A stretch of DNA of 63,457 nucleotides, filler included, from Octopus bimaculoides (GCF_001194135.2; 7 parts of 6 records of this genome joined end to end with filler, not necessarily neighbours in it), one strand, 5' to 3'. Shown: positions 51,578 through 62,524, numbered from the whole stretch's first letter. Notes: a model not told the origin generated them from the letters alone. A program made the numbers and translations.

Positions 51578-51617
51578 TCTTTTCTGTTGAAGAGCATAGG
51601 CTTGAAACGTAAAAGAC
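51578..51617 (+). ncRNA. degenerate minimal hammerhead motif with loopless palindromic stem III (ACGT)
   Basis: TCTTTT-CTGTTGA-A-GAGC-ATAG-GCTT-GAAA-CG-TA-AAAGA; core A6 changed to T. Confidence 0.55.
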
Positions 51618-51724
51618 TTCTTCACCTTCCCGAGCATCAAACTAATACACCTGCTTGTTGTTTATACACCTGTCTTCATCTTTTGTTTTTCTGTAAATTT
51701 CAACTATATACACACACACACATA

Positions 51725-51900
51725 TAAAATCAAAATAAGGAACAGGATATCAAGTAATGATGCAGTATGACTGTTTCAAGTGGCTCCATTTAATTGAACA
51801 ATGCAATCACTACATCAATTTAAATGCAGTGCCATCTTCAGCTGCACAAATAAATAAATGAAATTTTAACAAGTAGGACACATTAATATAATTTTTCTCA
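51725..51900 (-). mobile_element. Penelope-like pLTR repeat copy with degenerate hammerhead (51761-51846)
   Basis: Homologous to arms at 55453-55702 and 56041-56283; minus strand TGCAG-CTGAAGA..GAAAC-AGTC-ATA-CTGCA. Confidence 0.65.
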
Positions 51901-53359
51901 AATATTTTAACAGAGCAAGAAGATGGAAGAAATTCATGTTGTCACTATTGTAGCTAAGGATAGACTACACTTCTAAGAATCGCATGGAGCATAGTGGGGT
52001 CATAGGGTTGTAAGGGATTGGAATTCATTTCTAATTCATTTATCTCTTTATCAACTACTAAATCTAAGACTAGAAGACTGTGTCTATTTTGAATAAAGGA
52101 CAAGAGTGAGTTGACAGCTCGTGGTTAGGGATGGTCATAAATATTATCATATGTATCTCTTTTCCCCAGGGAGGAAATAAGACATTAGGAGTAGTCAGTT
52201 GGATATAAGTAACTGTCTATAAAAATAGGCAGGGTAGGGGTAGACTTTAAAATCATGATGTTAATTACCAGTTAAAAGGGCAAGGCACTAAGAAACCTAA
52301 GATGTTAATACAGAGGAAATTTTATTTAGGGGCACTATGGGTGATTGTTTATAAACAATGTTGTATAAAAATAAAATTTATGTTGTATAAAAATAAAATT
52401 TAAGAATTTCAAAACTGATATAACCAAAATAGGTAGAAGGTGTGTATATATCAATCATAAACATTAAAAAGGAAGATTACATAGAATCAGTTTAATATTC
52501 ATTCATACACTTAATTAATTACTTATTAGGTGGTTTCTATAAAGACTTCGCAGGCCACTTACTTATGGAATAACTGGAAAGATTTACATGCTATCTATTA
52601 ATTTTAAGCCAAAAATAAAAAATGTAAAGATGCATACAAATACACACATTTATATTTGTGCATATATGCATATATACACATACACGAATATTTATACATT
52701 TATATGGATATAGTATAAATATATAGTAACTGAAAAATATCTATTTAAGAACAAGAAAAATAACAATTTATAAGGGATAAGAGGTTAATAAGTAATGATA
52801 TCAAAATGAGAAAACAAAATAATAAGAAATACAAATAACCTACATATAAAGAGACAGGGGATTAAAATTAGAGATAGGGAAGAGATAAAGGTAACCTGAA
52901 AAGAGGGGGTGATAGGTATGGAAGTAGTGAGGGCATTTAAAGTGTTTTAGGTCAAAGAAATTTTATAAGGTGTAATGTTAAAGGTGCTATTGCATGTATG
53001 ATTTTATAGTTTCTTGGGGGTATATGATTTAGTCAAAAGGCGACTAATTTACATAAAGTCACTACAAATATACATAACATGATCAGTTGGGTAGAAACAT
53101 CACAGAAAGGAAAATAGTGTAATCACTAAAATAGGATGAAGCCAGACTAACTAGGCAGGGGTTATCATGGGATAATATTATGTATAGCACACCACATACC
53201 ACATCACATAGCATATGACATATGCAATGCAATATAATTCACCATATAACATAATATCCCATGATTTTATTATATTTAATACTAGAGGGTAAGTTTACAA
53301 TGGATATGACACCAAAATTAATTTCCACCATCAAAGTTCAAGTATGGCAACTATAATCA

Positions 53360-53525
53360 TTAGTTTTGAAAATAAGATGTACGGGTGACGCTATGCATGC
53401 ATGATACCCTTAGGTCTAATCTATTATTAATCAAGTTGTTCTTGTCCCTATACTTAAAAATCTCATAAGTTTCCATAGAGCACAGCTCACACCCATATCG
53501 ACTATCTCTATAAGGCTGTGCTCTC
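53360..53525 (-). mobile_element. C-terminal fragment of a Penelope-like ORF
   Basis: RAQPYRDSRYGCELCSMETYEIFKYRDKNNLINNRLDLRVSCMH..* fits the pattern Y..CxLCxxE..LLN.R.EL..CxH. Confidence 0.65.
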
Positions 53526-54396
53526 CCTATTATATCTCATATATTTGTGTATGTGTGTGTGTGTGTGCATACATACCTTTCTTCATACATGCATGGCAAG
53601 TTTATAAATATATATATATATNNNNNNNNNNNNNNNNNNNNNNNNNNNNNNNNNNNNNNNNNNNNTTAATTAATTAANNNNNNNNNNNNNNNNNNNNNNN
53701 NNNNNNNNNNNNNNNNNNNNNTGTCAGTTGAAGTTGTATACATGACTGTTACTTTGTTAACCTTTAACTGACTCACATATCAGTACATAAACATACGTTC
53801 ACATGTACATACACATGTGCACACACGCACACACACAGACACGTCTACACACTTACCTAATTACTCACGTGCATCCATAAGTACATAGTGCATACTTACA
53901 TACATACTTATTTAGATGCATACATACATACATACATGCGTATAGCCATGCACACATGCATACGCATGTACACAGATGCATACGCACACACATGTACACA
54001 CACATACATACATACATGCATACATGCATACATACATACACACATACATACGTACATATATATATCATGAACTAACTTTCTCAGATACAGCACAGAGTTT
54101 TGTCAGTGAACAGGTCGCGGTCTCAAAGCGACGAAAATATTTTGGCAAATTGAATTTAAATGTTGAAGTAAATCTAACGGTTTCTGTGTGTTTCTTAAAT
54201 GGCTTATAAACACCTTCCACGCTGCAATTGTTTTCGTTCCAGCACTTACATCTCCATAATATATANNNNNNNNNNNNNNNNNNNNNNNNNNNNNNNNNNN
54301 NNNNNNNNNNNNNNNNNNNNNNNNNNNNNNNNNNNNNNNNNNNNNNNNNNNNNNNNNNNNNNNNNNNNNNNNNNNNNNNNNNNNNNNNNNNNNNNN

Positions 54397-54531
54397 ATAA
54401 AATATATTTAAAGTATAAAGCTTTGTATGAACTTTGTAGTGTTACATACTGATTGTCACACATTCTCTGTGGCAATCAGTATGTAACACTACAAAGTTCA
54501 TAGAAAGCTTTATACTTTAAATATATTTTAT
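54397..54531. repeat. near-perfect hairpin, 64-bp stem with 7-nt loop
   Basis: 54397-54460 versus 54468-54531 differ at only 2 positions; loop CATTCTC. Confidence 0.95.
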
Positions 54532-54712
54532 CATCAAAGAATTTATATATGCATTTTAATACTCAAACTGTTTTTTAACATTTTTTATTATTCTCAAAGA
54601 CTTTTGATAATCTTTTTCTAAAAAAGTGAAACCGGTTAAGTAAATAAATATTTAAAAAAAATAAGTGCATTTTCAAACCTTCTTTCATATATATATATAT
54701 ATATATATATTC

Positions 54713-54934
54713 TTTTATTCTTTTACTTGTCTCAGTCATTTGACTGCTGCCATGGTGGAGCACAACCTCTTTTTAGTCGAGCAAATCGACTTAGGAGTTA
54801 TTCTTTGTAAGCCTAGTACTTATTCTATCGGACTCTTTTTGCTGAAATGCTAAGTTTAGCGGACGTAAACACACCATCACCGCATGTCAAGCGATGTTGA
54901 GGGGATCAAACACAGACACACAAGCACACACACT

Positions 54935-54970
<36 letters not shown>

Positions 54971-55142
54971 CATATATACGACGGGCTTCTTTGAGTTTCC
55001 GTCTGCCAAATCCACTCACAAGGCTTTGTTCAGCCCGAGGCTATAGTAGAAGACACTTGCCCAAGGTTCCACGCAGTGGGATGGAACCTGGAACCATGTG
55101 GTTGGTAAGCAAGCTACTTACTACACAGCCACTCCTGCGCCT
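54713..55142 (-). mobile_element. full-length SINE family D
   Basis: Head AGGCGCAGGAGTGGCTGTGTAG..GGTTCCATCCC, internal CA/TA array, tail GAAGTAAAAGA-like. Confidence 0.93.
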
Positions 55143-55182
55143 GTATATGTATGTATATAAATATATATATATATATATATAC

Positions 55183-55237
<55 letters not shown>

Positions 55238-55291
55238 NNNNNNNNNNNNNNNNNNNNNNNNNNNNNNNNNNNNNNNNNNNNNNNNNGAGAC

Positions 55292-55338
<47 letters not shown>

Positions 55339-55771
55339 GAGAGACAGAGAGAGACAGAGAGATAGGGGGGATTCAGATGAATATGGTACTTAAGTTGAGG
55401 CACCAGGATTTAGTACGGTATTATCCATACAATTTCAAAATAACGTGATTAAAATCAAAATAAGCAACAAGGATATCCAGAGGTAATGCGGTAAGATCCT
55501 TTCACGCAACTCCATTTAATTGAACAATGCAACCATTACATCAATTCAAATGTAAAGCAATCCTGAGGTGCAAAAAGACATAGAATTTAATTAAATTTAA
55601 ACAGATGGACACACTAGTACAATTTTACCTAAAATTTCCAAGAAGTTAAGGCGATAGACAAAGAACACGCCGCTCTCACTTCCACTTAGAAGCTACACAT
55701 ATGTATACACACACTCACACACATTCACACGCATACGTACACACACACACGCACACTCATATATATGTATG

Positions 55772-55919
55772 CCTGGAGACCCTAGGCAAAACTACACCAA
55801 TGCGTCCATCTGTCCCAATCCAACCAAATTCCACGTTCCCACGCAGCTGAGGGCCGTTCCGCGTCCAAATTGATGCAATAACTGATTTGTTCAACCAAAT
55901 GGAGTCTAGGGTCTCCAGG
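55772..55919. mobile_element. 148-bp MITE-like element with 14-bp perfect TIRs
   Basis: CCTGGAGACCCTAG / CTAGGGTCTCCAGG; no TSD seen. Confidence 0.6.
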
Positions 55920-56163
55920 GGGTTGATGAGATGGACAAGAAACATACTGCCTTCACTTCTACTTAAAAGCTACATATATACACACATACATATATATGAG
56001 TGTGAGTGTGTGGGTGTGTGTGTATAATCATGTATACATATATAAGTGTAGCTTCTAAGTGGAAGTGAGGGCGGCGTGTTTGTCTACTCCTTAACTTCTT
56101 GGAGATTTTAGGTAAAATTGTACTAGTGTGTCCATCTGTTTTAATTTAAATTCTATGTCTTTG

Positions 56164-56249
56164 TGCAGCTGAGGATGGTTTTGCATTTGAAGTGATGTAA
56201 TGATTGCATTGTTCAATTAAAGAGAGTTGTGTGAAACGATCGTACTGCA
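56164..56249 (+). ncRNA. candidate type I hammerhead ribozyme with intact core (GATC palindromic stem III loop)
   Basis: Stem I TGCAG (56164-68)/CTGCA (56245-49); core CTGAGGA (56169-75); GAAA (56233-36); C-GATC-G then TA, cleavage after 56244; stem II long and not clearly closed. Confidence 0.6.
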
Positions 56250-56282
56250 TTACCTCTGGAAATCATTGTTGCTTATTTTGAT

Positions 56283-56315
<33 letters not shown>

Positions 56316-57034
56316 ATATCTGTATCTCTCTCTTTNNNNNNNNNNNNNNNNNNNNNNNNNNNNNNNNNNNNNNNNNNNNNNNNNNNNNNNNNNNNNNNNN
56401 NNNNNNNNNNNNNNNNNNNNNNNNNNNNNNNNNNNNNNNNNNNNNNNNNNNNNNNNNNNNNNNNNNNNNNNNNNNNNNNNNNNNNNNNNNNNNNNNNNNN
56501 NNNNNNNNNNNNNNNNNNNNNNNNNNNNNNNNNNNNNNNNNNNNNNNNNNNNNNNNNNNNNNNNNNNNNNNNNNNNNNNNNNNNNNNNNNNNNNNNNNNN
56601 NNNNNNNNNNNNNNNNNNNNNNNNNNNNNNNNNNNNNNNNNNNNNNNNNNNNNNNNNNNNNNNNNNNNNNNNNNNNNNNNNNNNNNNNNNNNNNNNNNNN
56701 NNNNNNNNNNNNNNNNNNNNNNNNNNNNNNNNNNNNNNNNNNNNNNNNNNNNNNNNNNNNNNNNNNNNNNNNNNNNNNNNNNNNNNNNNNNNNNNNNNNN
56801 NNNNNNNNNNNNNNNNNNNNNNNNNNNNNNNNNNNNNNNNNNNNNNNNNNNNNNNNNNNNNNNNNNNNNNNNNNNNNNNNNNNNNNNNNNNNNNNNNNNN
56901 NNNNNNNNNNNNNNNNNNNNNNNNNNNNNNNNNNNNNNNNNNNNNNNNNNNNNNNNNNNNNNNNNNNNNNNNNNNNNNNNNNNNNNNNNNNNNNNNNNNN
57001 NNNNNNNNNNNNNNNNNNNNNNNNNNNNNNNNNN

Positions 57035-57741
57035 NCACCGCTCAACTCATGGACACAAGCAACGATTTCTTTACCGAATCATTACTGGCGACGAAAAATG
57101 GTGCCTGAACATAAATATGAAGCAGCGTAAGGAATGGCTTAGCCTCGGTAAACAAGCGACACCATGCGTAAAACAAGATCTTCATCCGTGTAAAACGATG
57201 TTGTGCGTATGGTGGGACTGGGAAGGGATTATCCATTACGAATTGCTTGAACGAAACCAAACGGTCAATGCGGAACTCTATGTTCAACAGATGGAACGAC
57301 TCAACACGGCTATTCAAGAGAAAAGACCTAATCGTCAACATGGGGTTCTTCTGCTTCACGACAACGCCCGCTTTCATATTGCTAATATAACCAAGGAAGC
57401 CATTCAAACGCATACCTGGGAGGTGCTGCCACACCCGCCGTACTCTCCTGATTTGGCACCAACTGATTTCTACCTCTTTCGGTCTCTTTCAAATGCTCTG
57501 CGCTGAGTTTCATTCAATACTGATGCAGAATGAATTGAGAGCTGGGTTGGATCAATTTTTCGAGTCAAAATCGGGTTATTTCTACCAACGAGGTATTGAA
57601 AATCTTGTTGAACGTTGGGAAGAAGTTGTAAAAAAGAAGGGTGAATACATTATTGATTAATCAGTTGTTTTTTTTTGTATTAAACCTTTTAAAAGATATA
57701 AATTTTAAAAAAACGGCGGGAACATAGCTGCCAACCCAATA
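57035..57741 (+). mobile_element. mariner (DD34D) transposon, 3' two-thirds; 5' part in gap
   Basis: IITGDEKW..MLCVWWD..LLHDNAR..HPPYSPDLAPTD (34-residue spacing); stop at 57504-57506 then frameshift; right TIR reads TTGGGTTGGCAGCTATGTT, flanked by TA. Confidence 0.95.
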
Positions 57742-57744
57742 TAT

Positions 57745-57910
57745 ATGCGTGTCTTTGTGGCTGTGTGGTAAGAAGCTTGCTTCACAACCACATGATTCCG
57801 AGTTCAGTCCTACTGCGTGGCAGCTTGGGAAAGTGTCTTTTATATCGCCTCGGGCCGACCAAAGCCTTGTGAATATATTTTGTAGATGGAAACTGAAAGA
57901 AGTATGTCAT
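57745..57910 (+). mobile_element. 5' half of SINE family D
   Basis: GTGGCTGTGTGGTAAGAAGCTTGC..GAGTTCAGTCCTACTGCG..GGGCCGACCAAAGCCTTGTG..GGAAACTGAAAGAAG. Confidence 0.88.
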
Positions 57911-57927
57911 ATATATATATTTATATA

Positions 57928-58661
57928 CTAGCAGAGCCACCCGGCGTTGCCCGGGAACGAAATTGTTGCTTATTGGTACTTGGAAACTTTTACGATAATT
58001 AAAATGGGGATTAAATGAAAAAAATTCACACAGCGAATATACCACGTTATTGTTTCACTGTTATATACACAGATATACATTGACGCATGTCAGTCGAAAA
58101 GTGAAAGTGTAATAGTAATACTTACTTTAACACTCAATGGTTTTACACTTTTGTATATGACATGTACATACTATTCATGTAAGTGCTTCTTCATATACTA
58201 TGTTTTCTGTCTTGCCATGTTTATCACTGAGAATGTAGAGGTTCGTTTCATCTCCAACTCTAGAACATCCAACATACAGCTGACCATGTGAGAAGCAAGG
58301 TTGAAGGAGGTTAAGTCCCACTACTTTTAGAGATTGACCATGTGCTTTGTTGATAGACATTGCAAAGCTAGGTTTGACCGGAAACTGCAGTCTCTTGAAC
58401 TGAAAGGGGAAGACATTCTCACCCATCATGTTGCCTGTAATTATTGTTGCTTCCAACACATGGGGCATGGCTGTTTTAACAACCAACCTTGTTCCATTGC
58501 AGAGTCTGGGTGCATCAAGGTTTCTTTATAGCATTATGGGAGCACTTATTTTCACGATCAGAATGTGTGGTGGAAATCCTGGTGGCTGAAGTGAATTGAG
58601 GAACTCCACTGGGTAATGCGTTGCCTGTTGTTGATCAGGGACAGAGTTAATTGATCTGTAT
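57928..58661 (-). mobile_element. Helitron 3' end with degenerate PIF1-family helicase C-terminus
   Basis: Minus strand [65 protein letters not shown]; terminal hairpin CCCGG-GCAACG-CCGGG then CTAG (57928-31) and T. Confidence 0.93.
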
Positions 58662-58761
58662 NNNNNNNNNNNNNNNNNNNNNNNNNNNNNNNNNNNNNNN
58701 NNNNNTTAATTAATTAANNNNNNNNNNNNNNNNNNNNNNNNNNNNNNNNNNNNNNNNNNNN

Positions 58762-58950
58762 CTTAGCGGTATTTCGTCTGTCTTTATGTTCTGAGTTCAA
58801 ATTCCGCCGAGGTCGACTTTGGTTTTCATCCCTTCACGGTCGGTAAATTAAGTACCAGTTGCGTACTGGGGTAGATGTAATCGACTGCCCCCCCCCCACA
58901 CACACACACTCCAGAAATTTCAGGCCTTGTGCATAGAGTAGAAAAGAATA
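58762..58950 (+). mobile_element. SINE family A (tail type 2)
   Basis: CTTAGCGGTATTTCGTC..GAGTTCAAATTCCGCCGAGGTCGAC..GGCCTTGTGCATAGAGTAGAAAAG. Confidence 0.9.
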
Positions 58951-58959
58951 TAATATATA

Positions 58960-59125
58960 CATAAACGATGGGCTTCTTTCCGTTTCCGCCTACCAAATGC
59001 ACTCACAAGGCTTTGGTCGAGATGAGGCTTTAGTGGAAGACATCTGACTAAGGGGCCATGCAGTGGAATTGAACCCAGAACCATGTGGCCGGGAACAAAG
59101 CTTTTTAGCGCAAAGCGACGCCTAT
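58960..59125 (-). mobile_element. 5' half of SINE family D
   Basis: CGATGGGCTTCTTTC..CACTCACAAGGCTTTGGTCG..TGAACCCAGAACCATGTGG. Confidence 0.85.
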
Positions 59126-59640
59126 ATATACAAGAGTTAATTATGTCCAATTCCCGCAAATAACAGAAAATCATCATGAAAAAATTCAACCTTATCATAT
59201 TACAGCGCCTAGAATCTAATTAGATCGTTATCGTATCGCTTTTCACAAAAGATAGTGTTAAAATGGTGAGGAAGATATGGACTGTACACATCTGCCATTT
59301 TAAACGGTGAGATTCACCTTTGAAGGGAGAGAGAGAGATTGAAAGAGGGAGAGAAGGGGTTGGAGGTAGGATCCACTGTGTAGGAACTTAATGCTGAATT
59401 GACAAAAGAAATCCTCAGCTACTTGCACATAGGAAAAAAAATACTCTGTTCAAAATGGAGAGATCGACGTAGTTACTCGATCTGCTAAAAATGATGGCCA
59501 CGTTCCCTCCCAAATTACAGCCTGTTTGTCGTCATAAAATGTTTACTCGCTTTTATTTATAGCTCTGTCTACTTCGAGTTCCTTCAGTTCCACCGTTAAA
59601 AACGAATTATTTCAAGTATCTCGATGTTTCTAATATATAT

Positions 59641-60017
59641 GTTGGCACTCCATCGCTTACGACGTCAAAGGTTCCAGTTGATCCGATCAACGAAACAGCC
59701 TGCTCGTGAAATTAACGTGCAAGTGGCTGAGCACTCCACAGACACGTGTACCCTTAACATAGTTCTCGGGGATATTCAGCGTGACACAGTGTGACAAGTC
59801 TGACCCTTTGAATTTCAGGCACAACAGAAACAGGAAGTAAGAGAAAGTTCTGGTGAAAGAAGAGTACAGCAGGGTTTCGCCACCATCCCCTGCCGGAGCC
59901 TCGTGGAGCTTTAGGTGTTTTCGCTCAATAAACACTCACAACGCCCGGTCTGGGAATCGAAACCGCGATCCTATGATCGCGAGTCCGCTACCCTAACCAC
60001 TGGGCTATTGCGCCTCC
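59641..60017 (-). mobile_element. full-length tRNA-derived SINE family C
   Basis: Minus strand head GGAGGCGCAATAGCCCAGTGGTTAGGG..GGTTTCGATTCCC (A and B boxes), 3' end ..GACGTCGTAAGCGATGGAGTGCCAAC. Confidence 0.92.
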
Positions 60018-60126
60018 ATCGATGTTTCTAAATACCTGCGCTAAAATATAAGGACGAAGCAAACTTCAATTTCACAACGAAACCTACCGTCTTAAACCAC
60101 ATGGTTAATAGTGTTTCTATTTCTGT

Positions 60127-60375
60127 GCTGTGTGGGAACCGGTATATCAAAGAATAGAGCCCACGTTTCTTCTGCATGTCATAAAAGGCGACTGAAATAG
60201 GTTGATGTAGGACTTGCACTCCGACCCCGTGAAACCCGCACCGGCAATAACAACCCAAACAGACCCGTGGATTGGAGGGTGGTTGCCTAAGTAGTGAAAA
60301 GGGTCATCCGCCAGGGATTGGGAATCACCAAAAAATGGTGGATACAATGATGTGCTATTACAGCGCCTAACTCCA

Positions 60376-60439
<64 letters not shown>

Positions 60440-60750
60440 GTGGCAGATTCAAGCTAGGGGTATGAGATGTTGAGTTCTTCACCAAAACATTTCATTTCAG
60501 GTTACTCTAGCGCTATGTGGCAACCGGCATGTCTAAGAATAGACCCGACATTTCCCCTGCGTGATGTAAAATGGCGAGTACAAGACGTTGAGGTAGTATT
60601 TGAACCCTCACCGGCAACGAATGCCCAAACGGATTCACGAGTTGGAGGATTGTCGCCTGAGAGATGCAAAGGCGTGATCAACCAGGAATACGGAATCACC
60701 AAGAAATGGTGGATGTAACGACGTGTTGTTATGGCGCATGCCCCCATACG
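60127..60750 (+). repeat. two diverged ~245-bp direct repeats (60127-60378, 60512-60750) separated by (TAC)n; probably SINE-like
   Basis: Shared GCT.TGTGG.AACCGG.AT.TC.AAGAATAGA.CC..AAAA.GGCGA..GGAATCACCAA.AAATGGTGGAT..CCATAC. Confidence 0.75.
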
Positions 60751-61026
60751 GCTATGATTTTTTCTTCATGATCGCGTAAGAAACCAATTCCTTACCTTAT
60801 TGGATTCAAATTCTTTAAGAGAGTACGTATTGTATCCAGTTCCTGGCTTTTCGTAGAAGTAAGTCGGATACTGCATCTGTTGCCACTCAAAAATATCTTT
60901 CTCCAGATTTACAAATTCTGACGATGTATTTTCGGCACCTTTAAAACAACAACAAAAACAAGTAAAATGAAGAACGGGAGAAACTCAAAATTTTTGCTGT
61001 TATTGTTATTGATTTGTTATTTGACA

Positions 61027-61655
61027 GTTTAACCCTAGGTCGGCTTTAACCGGGCAGATCTATGAATAAAGGCATTTCAGCTATGATAATAGCATTATTT
61101 TTTATATATCGAGCTGGCAGAATCGTGAACACGCCGAACAAAATGCTTAGTAGCATTTCGTCCGTCTCAACGCTCTGAGTTCAAATTCCGCCGATGTCAA
61201 CTTTGCCTTTCATCCTTTCGGGGTCAATTAAATAAGTACCAGTTTACACACTGGGGGTCGATGTAATCGACTTCCCCCCTTCCCCCAGAATTCTAGGCCT
61301 TGTGCTTATAGTAGAAAGGATTGTTATTGTTCTTGCTATTGCTGTTGTATTGTTTGTTTAACTCTGAGTCGGTTTTAACTGGGCAGATCCGTGATCAAAG
61401 GCATTTCAGCTTTGATAATAAGATTATTTTTTATATATTGAACTGGCAGAGTTGTGAGTATGTCAGATAAAATGCTTAGCGACATTTCGTCCATCATTAC
61501 GTTCTGAGTTCAAATTCCACCTAGATCAATTTTGCCCTTCATTCTTTCGAGGTCGATAAAATAACTATCAGTTATACACTGTGGTCGATGTAATCAACTA
61601 GTCCCCTCTCCCTGAAATTTCAAGCCTTCTGCCTATAATAGAAATTATTGTTTGT
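61027..61655 (+). repeat. old tandem duplication (period ~329 bp), each unit = short flank plus SINE family A
   Basis: GTTTAAC.CT..GTCGG.TTTAAC.GGGCAGATC..AAAGGCATTTCAGCT.TGATAATA at 61027 and 61356, each followed by a SINE A copy. Confidence 0.85.
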
Positions 61656-62288
61656 TTTTTATATATCGGATACCGGATATATATATATATATAATATATC
61701 AATATATTATAAATTAACTACCAACAAAATAATTGGTAAGCTAACTCAAAAAATCATCACCAAAATAGCAGAAAAAAACGACTGTGAAGGTATGTAGAAT
61801 ATATGCGTGTATGTATATATGTAGAATATATTCATTTTTCCTGAAGATGTGTAAAAGAATTTTGATTTATTAAGTCTCTTAATGAATCTTTTCTTTGTAA
61901 AGAAATATATATTGAAGATAAATATGTTCATTTAATGTATACGTTTTTGCATCGTAACTCTTTTCTTCTTCTTATATACATATATATATATATATATTAT
62001 GTGGGATATAAGATGTAAATGTGTTTTTGTCATTGTGATTTGTGGGAAATTAAGTTGCCATGATTTTCGTACGTCTCGCAAATGCTCCCACCTCGCTAGA
62101 AGATGAATTTAAACTGTTATCTGTCAGATGTATCGACAGTATTAACATCTCAAATTCCAAGAAGTGAAAATTCACATCAGGTTCGTGGCTCTAACCGATA
62201 ATAAAAGCTAATCAGATATCACCAATGTTTTATCAGAAATATTACAATTTTTCTACGTTCGAGTGTCTGAACACAGAAATTATATATA

Positions 62289-62524
62289 TAGGGTGTTCAA
62301 AAGTCTCTCCACAGTAAGTGCTTAATGGTTTTCGGGCGATTCTTGTACACTGATCCTTTACTTGCTCCCCAGACAAAAAAAAAATGTCTGGTGGTGTTAA
62401 ATCAGGTGATCATGGTGGCCAAAGTCCCTGCGAAATAATCCGTTCACCGAAAAACTCTTGAAGTAGCGTCATGGCGATGCGCAGGATGAAAAAATTAATG
62501 CGAAGTGACGTTTTGAACAGCCTG
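62289..62524 (-). mobile_element. Tc1/mariner-related MITE with transposase remnant
   Basis: TA-flanked TIRs (T/C)AGGGTGTTCAAAAGTC / GACGTTTTGAACAGCCTG; minus strand WPP*SPDLTPPD..WG motif. Confidence 0.78.

Larger units (their letters stand above)
55453..56283. repeat. inverted pair of ~250-bp Penelope-like pLTR repeats (55453-55702 and 56041-56283)
   Basis: AATCAAAATAAGCAACAA..TCCAGAGGTAATGC..GATGGACACACTAGTACAATTTTACCTAAAAT..CACTTCCACTTAGAAGCTACAC present on both strands. Confidence 0.92.

Noticed and set aside
59940-60017. tRNA-like sequences with A and B boxes (also heads of families A and D)
   Set aside because: No complete cloverleaf or acceptor stem; they continue into SINE bodies present in many copies.
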